In this document: positions 22,306-33,260 of the stretch, one piece after another
How positions within the stretch are numbered: position 1 is the first letter of the stretch
How the letters are laid out: every line of letters starts with the position of its first letter
Assembly: GCA_051294375.1 (NCBI GenBank)
Contig: CM119267.1
Location: 9,325,709 to 9,389,708, forward strand
Origin: Paraspadella gotoi
Taxonomy: Eukaryota > Animalia > Chaetognatha
Direction: 5' to 3'
DNA: 64,000 nucleotides
Made by a program: the position numbers and the translations under genes
The notes under the pieces: generated by a model
What the model was told of the DNA's origin: nothing
The model's database searches: none
Seen by the model: the letters and a program-made list of their open reading frames with translations, nothing else

Positions 22306-25233
22306 ATGGCATATAATTATACCAATGCCACATTCGGGCCTTTAAACTTTCAAGCTCCTCAGGGGATTACTTACCCACCTCCAGTTAATCACTCGGTAGC
22401 TCAAACGTTTCAAACTGAGGATGTCTCAACAATTCCAGTTTTGAGTCATGCTGTCACCGTTTCGCCCGATCCTGCTAGAGTGTCTACATACAACTATAAC
22501 AATTGGTTTCAGACGAGTGCAGAACCTGCCTTTTCGGCTACTCGGTCAATGTCAATTGATCAAAGCAAAACTTATAATGATGCCCCGAGCACACCCTATG
22601 AATACACAGACCCTTGGGGAGAGTATGTTGCGCAAAATGATTCTTTTGTCTCCATTCAAGAAAAAGCTTTGAATGAAAACCAAGCAAACTTAAGTGAACA
22701 GCAATCTGTTAGCAGTGAATATAATGGAGATTACCGACAAAGTTTCTGGTGTGATCCTTGCAAGATCGATTTGATTTCTAAAAAACAATTCGATATGCAT
22801 ATTGCGGGCAAGAATCATGCCAAAAAGTTAAAGGCTTTGGAGGCAACCTCATTTGCTTTGGGACATTTCGTATCAGGCTTAGAAAAAAAAATTTTCACCT
22901 GCGAACTTTGTAAAATTACTATGAATGGGGCGGATGTTTTTCAGAATCATCTGAAGGGTCTAAAACACGAGAAAAAGCTACAGCAGCGTTCTCAAAATGA
23001 ACTAGGTCAAATAAATTATTATTGTGAGATTTGCTATATGGAACTTGGGGTTAGTCGATTAGCGTTTGACGCTCATCTTGACGGGAAATCGCATGCAAAA
23101 CGATTAGAGCTCGGAAAGATTCAGTATGAAATTCTCGATCCAGGGAAAATAGCCTATTATTGTGAAATCTGTCACTTACCGCACGGAGATCCAGGGTCCT
23201 ATCTGGAACATTTACGATCAGAACGTCATGCAAAAAGACTTCAATTGCAAGAGAAAGGCTACAATTTAAATCCACCCGGGTCTGGCGCAATAGCCACTCC
23301 TGGCTTGTATGAAAAAAATCTTTTTTGGTGCGATGTTTGCAAGGTGATGACTACAGGATTCCCGCAATATGATAATCATATTATATCTCAAAAACACCAA
23401 AATAAAATTAAGCTTGTTCTTGAAAAGTTGAATTTAGATGAAAAAAAGGCACAGAAACAGGAAGAAAAACTAGACAGTCACCGCTTACAAACTCTGGTTC
23501 CCATGTCATTTATTTTTGAAGAGGATAAGATCTTGAAAAAAAATTTGTTTAAAGACCCCGAGGAACTAGAAGAAACACCGAAAATTTTAGACGACTCGTT
23601 TAAAAAAAAGACGATAAGAGCTGCTAGTTCTCGAGTTAAAACTCAGTCTCATTTTAGTCGGAAACAGTTACAATCTGATTCTGATATTGGTCAGCATCAT
23701 TGTGATACTTGCCACGCAAACTTGTCTTCGGAAAAAATGTTAGAGGCTCATTTGAATGGGCAGCCGCATTTAAAAAAGGAAAAAATAAGATTATTAAGTG
23801 AAGAAAAGAAAAAGGAAGAATTGGGAAACGGCTATGAAAGTTTAGAAAGCAAAATTTTATCGACAGGGCCACGGGTTCTCGAAGGGGAAATCTTTTGTCC
23901 TCTTTGTAATTTGAAAATGATGCAAGTCCATGAAGCTGAAGCACATTTTGCTAGTCCCAAGCATAGAAACAAAATCAAACATGTGATTGTAGAGCACAAA
24001 AAAAATGACCAAACGAATGATTCAATTGGAATTCCATTCATTACGGGACATGATGTAAATCCTCAACAGAATTTGTATACATTATGTGAAACCCAGTTTA
24101 TATGCGACGTTTGCTTCATAAGTGCGTCCTCAGAGGCTCAGTTTGAGACGCATATTGTAGCTAGCAAGCATTTAAAAATGGTTATTAAAGTTGCCGCGTT
24201 TGCGGGTAATAACTTGATAGTTAAAATGGAGACAGATGAAGATATTCCTCCGGAACCAGTGACAGATCAGACCGTTTATAATCTGTTTTTCGAAATTTTG
24301 AAAAAATACGAAAATGATACAGAATTTCAGAAAGGCTTTACTAAAGTTATGAATAAGTTTAAGGAAGAAGATCGAGAGAAGAAAAGGCTTGAATATTCTC
24401 GGTACGGATTTTATGATGAAGAAGGATATTATATTCAAGAAGACTCTCACGGGGATAATCCCTATTCACTTTGGTATGAAGATAAGGGCCTTAATTTGAC
24501 GGGACCTGGATTACTCTCACTTCCTCCAGGTCTGCAACCTGTTCATCCATTTAGCCATCAAAATGTTTCTTTGGCAAATTTTTCACCTTTTCGTCGACCT
24601 TATGTTTCTCCTTTTAACATGTCTGCTACCCATATGCCCAGAAATAGATTTGAAGAAAGACATTATTTTATGCAAGGGTATATGCAAAACTCACCCGCGG
24701 ATGGTCCCAAACGCAAAAGAAAAAAACGAAATAACGAGCCCCCGAAATTTGATGCTGATCAGCAAGAGTATGATCCGTCCTTTTCAATCGGTTCCCATCG
24801 TTATCGAAATCCTGATCAAAAAAATGTCCCTAAACCTAAACCACAGCCAAAAATCAATGCCAGCCGGCTTGTAGAAAACAAATCGTCTAAAAACTCAAAT
24901 AACATGGAACATGTTTTGGAAGGAACTCTGGATTGGAGTCAATTTAAAGATCCTTCCTCTACAATCGCTTCTAATCGTCAAGATATCTCTATTTCAAAAC
25001 TCCAGCCAGTTAAAGAATGTCAAGAGATTGAAAACTCGAATGAAGTTGAATATGTTATGGATATGACTCTGAATTGGGATCAATTTAAAGATCCATCAAG
25101 TTCTTTTGGTAAATGGAAAAAAACTCTCCCTTCACCAAAATCCCCTGAGAAAGTGCTCATGAGCGAGAAGGGAACATCAAAAGCGAAAGAGAAGAATAAT
25201 TTTGAGAAGGTGAACACTAGCGAAAACTGTTGA
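22306..25233 (+). CDS. Multi U1/matrin-type (C2H2-Jaz) zinc-finger protein, ZNF385/ZFR-like fingers, intronless
   Basis: Eight CxxC...HxxGxxH-type fingers (e.g. WCDPCKIDL...HIAGKNHAKKL). ATG 22306 follows a T-tract and AG. Confidence 0.85.
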   Translation: MAYNYTNATFGPLNFQAPQGITYPPPVNHSVAQTFQTEDVSTIPVLSHAVTVSPDPARVSTYNYNNWFQTSAEPAFSATRSMSIDQSKTYNDAPSTPYEYTDPWGEYVAQNDSFVSIQEKALNENQANLSEQQSVSSEYNGDYRQSFWCDPCKIDLISKKQFDMHIAGKNHAKKLKALEATSFALGHFVSGLEKKIFTCELCKITMNGADVFQNHLKGLKHEKKLQQRSQNELGQINYYCEICYMELGVSRLAFDAHLDGKSHAKRLELGKIQYEILDPGKIAYYCEICHLPHGDPGSYLEHLRSERHAKRLQLQEKGYNLNPPGSGAIATPGLYEKNLFWCDVCKVMTTGFPQYDNHIISQKHQNKIKLVLEKLNLDEKKAQKQEEKLDSHRLQTLVPMSFIFEEDKILKKNLFKDPEELEETPKILDDSFKKKTIRAASSRVKTQSHFSRKQLQSDSDIGQHHCDTCHANLSSEKMLEAHLNGQPHLKKEKIRLLSEEKKKEELGNGYESLESKILSTGPRVLEGEIFCPLCNLKMMQVHEAEAHFASPKHRNKIKHVIVEHKKNDQTNDSIGIPFITGHDVNPQQNLYTLCETQFICDVCFISASSEAQFETHIVASKHLKMVIKVAAFAGNNLIVKMETDEDIPPEPVTDQTVYNLFFEILKKYENDTEFQKGFTKVMNKFKEEDREKKRLEYSRYGFYDEEGYYIQEDSHGDNPYSLWYEDKGLNLTGPGLLSLPPGLQPVHPFSHQNVSLANFSPFRRPYVSPFNMSATHMPRNRFEERHYFMQGYMQNSPADGPKRKRKKRNNEPPKFDADQQEYDPSFSIGSHRYRNPDQKNVPKPKPQPKINASRLVENKSSKNSNNMEHVLEGTLDWSQFKDPSSTIASNRQDISISKLQPVKECQEIENSNEVEYVMDMTLNWDQFKDPSSSFGKWKKTLPSPKSPEKVLMSEKGTSKAKEKNNFEKVNTSENC

Positions 25234-25541
25234 ATATGTAATGGACGAGTCTTTGGATTGGGAGAATTTTAAAGATTTCTCTACCGCATTTCATTCTTAA
25301 AAGTAAAAAATAATTTTTTTCCTACCGCTTATTTGTGTGTTGTAGTTAATTAGTCGAATTTTGATAAAATATAGGTTTTATTAGATATACGTATATACTA
25401 TATACATATCCATTTATTTCTCATTATCTTTTCAGTTTATTATACCTTGAGCTGTCAAAAAACGAAATTCATTTTTGTGCAACTGCTCTGTTATTTCTTG
25501 TTATCGACGTTCGACTAGGTTTGATCATTTAAAGTCCCAAA

Positions 25542-27609
25542 ATGTCGGTTTCGAAAATTCGAAAACGCCTGGGTAAGCTTAAGCACTTGGCCAATCAACG
25601 AGACGGCGTAATCGCTACAGAGAAGCCGTCGTCTCAACTTGTGGTCGGAAACATAGGGTTGGACAACGCGGTTCCGCGAAGCCAAATAGAGGCGCTCTTC
25701 GCTCCTTTCGGCCCCGTCGTGCTTGCCCTCGGACGTAACCGCTCCTATGCATACGTAACCTTCCTTGACACCGACAAAGCTGCGGAGGCTAAATTCGCTT
25801 TGCAAGGGACCTCTTTCTCTCATGCGTCAACCGGTCGAGAGATTTTGATGGTGATGTTGTTCGTAGATCGAGTTCCTGACTTCAAGGAAGATATCTCTGG
25901 TGTCGAAGCCCGCTCGTTGCCGGAAGGCTTAGTTCTGTTGAAGGAATTCGTTTCCGAGGACTATGAACGGGAATTGATTCAAATCTTCACGGAAATTGAA
26001 GAAGATAAAGATTGCCTCGGTAGGTTATATGTTTAAAAAAGTTACTCTACTACTTGGTTGTGGTCGGGATAGATAAGTTTTATCTCACAACACAATATCG
26101 CCTAGCTTTTGTGAAAATTTATGGTAATTTCGTTCTCTCAGAATCCGATCCTGTTTTATCCCAAACTCTAAAGCATCGACGCGTCCATCACTTTGGTTAC
26201 GAGTTTCGTTACGACACGAACGACGTCGACCCCACCTGTCCGCTGGTTGAGCGACCGATTCCCCCCGCCTGCCGACCTTTCATTGAGAAGCTCCTTTTGA
26301 CGGGCAACGCGGTCCTGGCTCCCGATCAATTGACCGTCAACCGCTACGCCCCTGGTCACGGAATCCCTCCCCACGTCGACACCCATTTCGCCTTCGAAGA
26401 CGAAATCTTTTCGCTCTCCCTTGGCTCCGGCGTCCTCATGGATTTTCGGAGTCTCGTGGACGGCCGCACGGTCTCCGTTTTCCTGCCACCCCGCAGCCTC
26501 TTGATTCTTCGCGACGCGTCCCGTTACGCCTGGACCCACGGCATTGCCCCTCGAAAGAGCGACGTCCTCTGTGGCGTCGACGGCGCCATCGATGTAGTTC
26601 ACCGCTCCGCTCGAACCTCGCTTACGTTCCGCCGAGTGTTGGCTTCCCGGAGCTGTGTCTGCCGATTTCCCGATCAATGCGAATCGAGACGAGAGGAAAA
26701 GGTGTCGCCCTGGCAGTTGGAATCAACGCACGTGCACCGCGTCTACGAGGAGATTGCTTCCCACTTTAGCGGAACGCGTCACACTCCCTGGCCCAAGGTC
26801 AAGCGATTCGTCGAGGAATTGCAGGAAGGCTCAATCGTTTTAGACGTCGGTTGCGGAAACGGAAAATATTTCGGGATTCGGGTAAATTTATTTTCTTGAG
26901 TTTTGTTTTTGAACCTCGCTCTCTTTGTATAATCAATTTTTTCATTCAGCCGCTTCATTCATCTTTCGAGATCGGATGCGACCGAAGTCTCAATCTCTCC
27001 TCTATATGCTCGTCGCGCGGATTTGCGTCTGTCGGAGCTGACGCCCTTTCTCTTCCTTTTCGCGAAGCCTGTTTCGACGCCGTCATTTCCATCGCCGTTA
27101 TTCACCATTTGGCGACCCCTCAACGGCGCGCCGCGGCCATTCGCGAAATGCTGCGTGTGGCGCGTCATCGGGCCAAGATTCTCGTCACCGTCTGGGCTTT
27201 CGAGCAAAGACATGACAACGTCGATTCTAAATACGTTTCTTCCAAAAGTGGAGTCGTCGGAGAAGTTAAAGAAAATGTGACGACCGAAAAAAATTCCGAT
27301 CTTTATGGAGAGTCAGAATTGACCAGGGGTATGACCTCGTTAATGGCGTCAGACTGTGTTGATGTTAAGCAGCTTCTCGTCCACGAAAACCGCACGTCCT
27401 TCAAGCAGCAGGATGTTCTCGTGCCTTGGCACCTGAAATCATCAAAAAACGCCGAGGACGATTCAAAACGCGTTTTCCACAGATTTTATCACATTTTCAA
27501 AGAGGGAGAATTGTTGCAACTCGTTACATCTTTACAGGATTACCACGTTAACGTTATCGACAGTTATTACGACCAAGGAAACTGGTGTTTGATTTTTCAA
27601 AAATTGTAA
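25542..27609 (+). CDS. ALKBH8: tRNA (carboxymethyluridine) methyltransferase / AlkB homolog 8, 3 exons
   Basis: RRM, AlkB domain (LKHRRVHHFGYEF, PDQLTVNRYAPGHGIPPHVDTH, RTSLTFR) and methyltransferase (HVHRVYEEIASHFS, DVGCGNGKY, SIAVIHH, YYDQGNWC). Confidence 0.95.
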
Positions 27610-28100
27610 CTTTTTGTGTTGCCTTTTGTGTGTCATAATTAGTGTTGAAGTTGTTTTCGTTGATGTGTGTGAGCATTGTATTTGTTAGAAGTTTCTGAAT
27701 TTTTGACTGCTTGTTTTAAAATCGTGTGAAATTGTTGGTTTATTTATTAGAAAATTATATTTTCTAAAAAAAATACATCCGTTGTTATTTTCTCTCGCTG
27801 AGAAATGTCATTTGTCGTTTTTGAGCATTCATGGAATTAAAAAATATAATTTATTGCATTCGTTTTCTAGTTTTGTTTGTTTTTCCTTTTTAAAATGTTA
27901 TTGTCAGTTGTAGAAATATGTTATTGTCAGTTACTAAAATTGTATTGTCTGTTGCCTTGAAAATTGGCTTTTTGTTAAACTTGTTTTTTTTTGCCAGTTT
28001 GGAATCTTGTTTTAAATTGTTTCTTGTTCTTACTTCCGACACAAAGACATACTATTAAGAAAACACGACTCACTTTTGAAGATTCGTTACAATCTCTGCA

Positions 28101-29216
28101 ATGGCGTATCCATCGATGATGAGTCACGTTTCCGCCTCCATCTCTCAATTGATGATCGAGCACCTCCTCAAGCTTGGCTCGCTCACTGACAACAAGTATT
28201 TCCTAATGGTGGAGGACGCGGACGGTCACCGCTGTATCCTGGGCGATAATTCCACCGTTCGATCATTCGCTTCGGGAGCGCTTCGCCCAAAGGACGACGA
28301 TCGCCGACTCGAACTCGATCCCAACGCCGTCAGCGGAGTTTTTGAGAAGCCCCTTAATTCTATCTTTGAGGACGAGGAGGTTCCGAGCGGCAACAAACGG
28401 GCAGCCAACTACATGGAGAACGAATTTAGCGCCAAGCGGGCCAAGACTGACGAGAACGGCCGCTCGGGCACCAATGATGCCGATAGCTTCGACGACGAGT
28501 GTAACATCTTCGTCGACAAGTTACCCGCCTCCTTCGAGGAAGAGCAGTTCCGGGAAACCTTCAGTCAATTCGGCATCATTCAGCGTATTAAGCTGCTGGT
28601 CGACAAACGCACCGGCCAATCGAAGTGTAACGGCTTCGTACTCTACCAGAGTTCGGCCTCGGCGGACGCCGCCATTTCCGAGATGAACGGCAAGGTGCTC
28701 GACGCCAATGGGCCACCGCTTTACGTTCGCAAGGCGAAGGAGAACAAGAAAAATCTGCTGCAGTTTTGGCCCGGCCTTCAAGCGATGGCCAATCCCGCGA
28801 TCATGGCTATGGCCACCGGACGACGTTCCGGCGCAGCATCCGCTATGCCACCCATGCCTCCGATGGGGGCCATGCCGGGAATGACTGGCATGCACGGAAT
28901 GTCTTCCAACCCTTACGCCGGTTACACCGCGCAAGGTACGCAGGCCGTGGAGGGCGTCACGAAGCACACGCTCTTTGTGTACAATCTGAGTTCTGATTCT
29001 ACGGAGTTGGATTTGTACAACCTCTTTGGAAAGTTTGGCGCCATTATCGATGTCCACCTGCAACGAGATTTGCAGACTGGCGCTGCCAAAGGTTTTGGAT
29101 TCGTGGCTTATGCGGAGTACCAGCAGGCCACGGCGGCTATCCAAGCCATGGACGGCTATCTGTACGAGAAGAATAACTACAAGCCGCTGCAAGTCTCCTT
29201 TAAGAACAGAAAATAA
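28101..29216 (+). CDS. Two-RRM ELAV/Sex-lethal-like RNA-binding protein with an extra N-terminal domain, intronless
   Basis: RRM1 NIFVDKLP...SKCNGFV and RRM2 TLFVYNL...AKGFGFV...LQVSFK. Confidence 0.85.
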   Translation: MAYPSMMSHVSASISQLMIEHLLKLGSLTDNKYFLMVEDADGHRCILGDNSTVRSFASGALRPKDDDRRLELDPNAVSGVFEKPLNSIFEDEEVPSGNKRAANYMENEFSAKRAKTDENGRSGTNDADSFDDECNIFVDKLPASFEEEQFRETFSQFGIIQRIKLLVDKRTGQSKCNGFVLYQSSASADAAISEMNGKVLDANGPPLYVRKAKENKKNLLQFWPGLQAMANPAIMAMATGRRSGAASAMPPMPPMGAMPGMTGMHGMSSNPYAGYTAQGTQAVEGVTKHTLFVYNLSSDSTELDLYNLFGKFGAIIDVHLQRDLQTGAAKGFGFVAYAEYQQATAAIQAMDGYLYEKNNYKPLQVSFKNRK

Positions 29217-29717
29217 GTCATGGCGACGAACTTCTTAATTAATTTTCGTAGAAATCAGTATGTAATAGAAGTCCCTTCATTAGGTTTTGCGATTTTTCTA
29301 GTTTTATGAACTTTAAGTTTTAACGATAGATTTGTATCGTTAGTGTATGCCTTTTCACCTTCAACTCGCGAATAAATGAACTTTTTATATATTAATTAAG
29401 CCAATCACCTTTGATTTGATAGACCTTCTTATAGAATTATCAAGTTTGTCAGTTTCGCAGGTTTTTTTGTATAACTTGTATTATTCGTAGAAATAGTGTT
29501 ATTGTCTTCATGTTTGTAATTTATCGAGTTTTCTCTGGTCCTTTCTCTGTCGTCCTCAGGCTTAGTTAAAGATTATGACAGAGACTTCTTAAATGCACAT
29601 CGTATCATTGGTCGATCTTCTTCTGTCTCTAACTCTTCTTCCTTCCGCTTTGTCCTGGGTCGTGGAACTGGTGGTAATTCTCTCGACGCTCTTGGCAGCG
29701 GCTTCGTTGCCTTGGTC

Positions 29718-30661
29718 ATGGGTGGCCGCGGGCGTGGCGGCCGTGGTGGCGCTCGTGCCGCCATGAGCTTCAATGTGGAAGAGTTGGGATTTCGACGCGG
29801 GGACCCGTTGCCTGGGTCACAGTTGGTGCCTCCGCCTCTCTTTCCGCAGCTCTTGGCCAGACCAGCCCCGTTTAACAATACGGAAGAGTTGGAATATTTG
29901 CAGGTTTGTAACTTGTAAAACAGAATGAGCTAAAAATAAGTTCACTTTTTTAATTCGGTGCCATGGGATTGTTGATTAAATGTAACGACATCACTGTATC
30001 GAAATTGATTTATTTAATTATCCCCCTTTAGAGCTCAACTGAATTTTTATTTTTGCGTGGTACCGTGGGTTACTGTGTCGGTGATGGTGTAATTTATGTT
30101 AAAAACGAATTAATTGTATGTCTGCGTTCTTAAATAATTTTCTTTACTCAGGCGCTTAAGGAAGACTATCGGACGACGATGTCAAAGAGTCCCCACTTCA
30201 TCAGGGCGGAGGAAGCCAAACATTCTATCGAGCGCTACTCGGATAAATTCAAGACTGCCAAGCCCGAAGATGAAGACCGCCATCTGTGGGAGATGGATGC
30301 CGCCTTCTTTCCACCCGAACTGAACACTTCCGGGAAAAAAAAAAAGAAGAAAGGCGTGAAGGGCGCCGGGTCAAAATCGAAGGGCCTCGTCGAAGAAAAG
30401 GACATCGCCTCCAGACTCGACGAACTCGAAAAGGGAGAGGTCAACGACGACGACGACGACGACGAACAACCTCGAACGAAAAAACCCAAGAACGCCACCG
30501 ACGATGACGACGACGAAGACGAGGAAGGCGATGAGGGAGACGAAGAAGAGGAAGACGTCGAAGACATCGGCGGGAACGACTACGAGCAAAACTATTTCGA
30601 CAACGGCGAGGACGAGGCCAACACCTCCGAGGACAATTTGGACGAAGGGGGAACTTACTGA
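29718..30661 (+). CDS. POLR3G: RNA polymerase III subunit RPC7/RPC32, 2 exons
   Basis: MGGRGRGGRG...SFNVEELG...PPPLFP, IERYSDKF, FPPEL, and acidic tail NDYEQNYFDNGE...DEGGTY. Confidence 0.9.
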
Positions 30662-31041
30662 AGAGAAAGAAAGAAATTCGATTGCCCGGTTCGGAATAGT
30701 TTTACTCCCGGATTTTTCGTATTTTACTCTCGGATTTCGCAACCGCCCCGCCACTGATTATCAACTTCGTTTCCCTTTTGTTTTATGTTCCTTATTTCCT
30801 CTTCCTCCTCCTCCTCCTCGTTTTCCTGCTCTTCCTGCCACATTCGGTTGACCTTTACTCGACCAGTTTTCCTCATCCTTCAAATGACATTCTCTTCAAT
30901 TTGTTTCGCATTCTTTTCGGATTCGATTCTCTCTCCGATTTTGTTTTTCTTTTCCTGTTATATTATGTCTAGTATCAATTTATTCCGGTTATTTTTATTA
31001 TTCTAGCGTCAACCTTTCACCGTTTTCGAACTCTCGCTACA

Positions 31042-32706
31042 ATGCCTCACGGATTGAACGATGAGCAGAAGAAGGAGTTGATAACGATCGCCAATGGCAT
31101 CGTGGCGCCCGGCAAAGGCATTCTGGCCGCAGACGAGTCCACCGGTAAGGTTTAATGAAAACTAAGTATTTTAAAATTTAAATACAATATGGAACCACAT
31201 CACTCCAGTAAATAAATATTACATCGTAAAAATGATTGTTACAAAATATTTTTATAAATATGTATTTTTTTGGGCTTTATTGCTATTTAAGGCACTATCG
31301 GGAAACGTTTTTCCACCATCGGGGTCGACAATGAAGAGGAAAACCGCCGCAAATACCGTCAGCTTCTTTTCACTTCCGGTTGGTTTTCAATTGATTTGTC
31401 AAATTTTAAATACAAATAATAATAATCAATAATCGTCTTTATTTTCTAACCTTTCTTTACTCCCACAAAAGGAAAGGAAGCGTGGGCACATATAGGCGGC
31501 GTTATTCTTTTTCACGAGACCATGTACCAGAAGGCAGACGACGGGACCCCGTTCACCAAGATCATTCGCGATAACGGAGCTTACGTGAGTGGCTCCTTGC
31601 CGCCATTTCGACCTCCGATGAGCGATACTTATTTTCTTCCTTCCATTTCCTTTTCTTCAGGTTGGAATAAAGCTCGACAAGGGAGTCGTTCCCCTGGCTG
31701 GCACCGTGACCGAATGCACAACCCAGGGTCTCGATTCCCTCGCCGACCGCTGCAAGCAGTACAAGCTGGATGGCGCCGATTTCGCTAAGTGGCGCTGCGT
31801 CCTCAAGATAGGCGGAGGCAGGCCGTCGCAATTGGCCATCATCGAAAACGCCAACGTTCTGGCCAGGTTCGGGTTTTCCCACCTCGGAATTTTTTTCCTT
31901 GTACCTTAAATGACTTTTGCTCTCTTTCTCCAAGGTATGCGTCCATCTGCCAGCAGGCAGGGCTGGTTCCTATCGTCGAACCAGAGATTTTGCCCGACGG
32001 GGATCACGATCTGGAAGCCTGCGTTGAAGCAACAGAGAGAGTCCTGTCCTACGTGTACCGAGCTCTGAACGAGCACAATGTTTTTCTCGAGGGTAGGTGG
32101 CCCAATGGCTGTTATTTCGGTACATTGCGAACTAGTTACCTTTAGTGATGAGCGGGGTGTCCAACATTAGTTCCATTCTTTTTATGTATTTAAATCCCGT
32201 TTCCTCGACCCGAAGGTACTCTCCTTAAGCCGAACATGGTCACTGCGGGTTTCGACTGCCCGAAAAAATACGATGCTGTTCAAATCGCTAGCGCGACCGT
32301 AACCGCCCTGCAGCGCACCGTGCCGGCAGCCGTACCGGGCATCACTTTCTTGTCGGGAGGCCAAACGGAGGAGGACGCCACCCTCAATCTTGACGCCATT
32401 AACAAGTATCCCGGAAGGAAACCGTGGGCGCTTACTTTTTCATATGGAAGGGCGTTGCAGGCGAGTTTGAGGGATCCGACTTTTTATTTTTACTCGAACT
32501 ATGGATTTTAAAACTTCCTCCTTTTCTTTCCACAGGCTTCGGTTCTGGACGCTTGGAAGGGCAAGGACGAGAACGTCCAGGCGGCGGGCGCGGAGTTCGT
32601 CAAACGCGCCAGGGCCAATGGCCTCGCTAGTCTCGGCGAATACAAGGGCGACCTCGTCGGTGGCGCCGGCGGGAAATCTCTCTTCGTCGCCAATCATCAA
32701 TACTGA
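31042..32706 (+). CDS. ALDO: Fructose-bisphosphate aldolase class I, 7 exons (one GC-AG intron, 32461-32535)
   Basis: [63 protein letters not shown]-terminal Tyr. Confidence 0.97.
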
Positions 32707-33260
32707 GGAAAAGCTTGTACCGATGACGGTTACGCGTATTCAAAGTTGAGTAAAAATCGGTGAAAAGTTTTTTTAAAAAAAAGGTGACGTTTGAAAACAA
32801 GCTGCTAGTCTTTCGCAAGTGTAGACCGGCTATGTATGAAGTTTTCGGGCTAAGAACAAACTCTTGGTGTCTTTTGTTGCGTGAACCATATTTTAAACGT
32901 CGGACTAATTTGTGGAATCAATAGTTTTCACCATATTTACCGTTCCAATTTACGTTTTTATTTCGTTTCTACATGGCTTCGTTTTTAAGGCATTCCAAGT
33001 TACTTTTTTTATTTTTTAGGGTATTACGATAGATTCGTTCGTCTGACAGTCGTTTTTTATTTACTCTTAGAATTATTGTAAAAGTAATCGTGTAATGTGA
33101 TTTGAAATAGAAATCGAATTATAACCAGAATATATGTTCTATTATGTCTTCTTGATTCTTCCAACAAGCAGACGTGTTTATAAGCTTAAAATAGATTAGC
33201 GTCAGTTTTCCACGTGGGAAAAAAAAATTGTTTCTCAATCCCGAGGTTGAGATAGAGACG

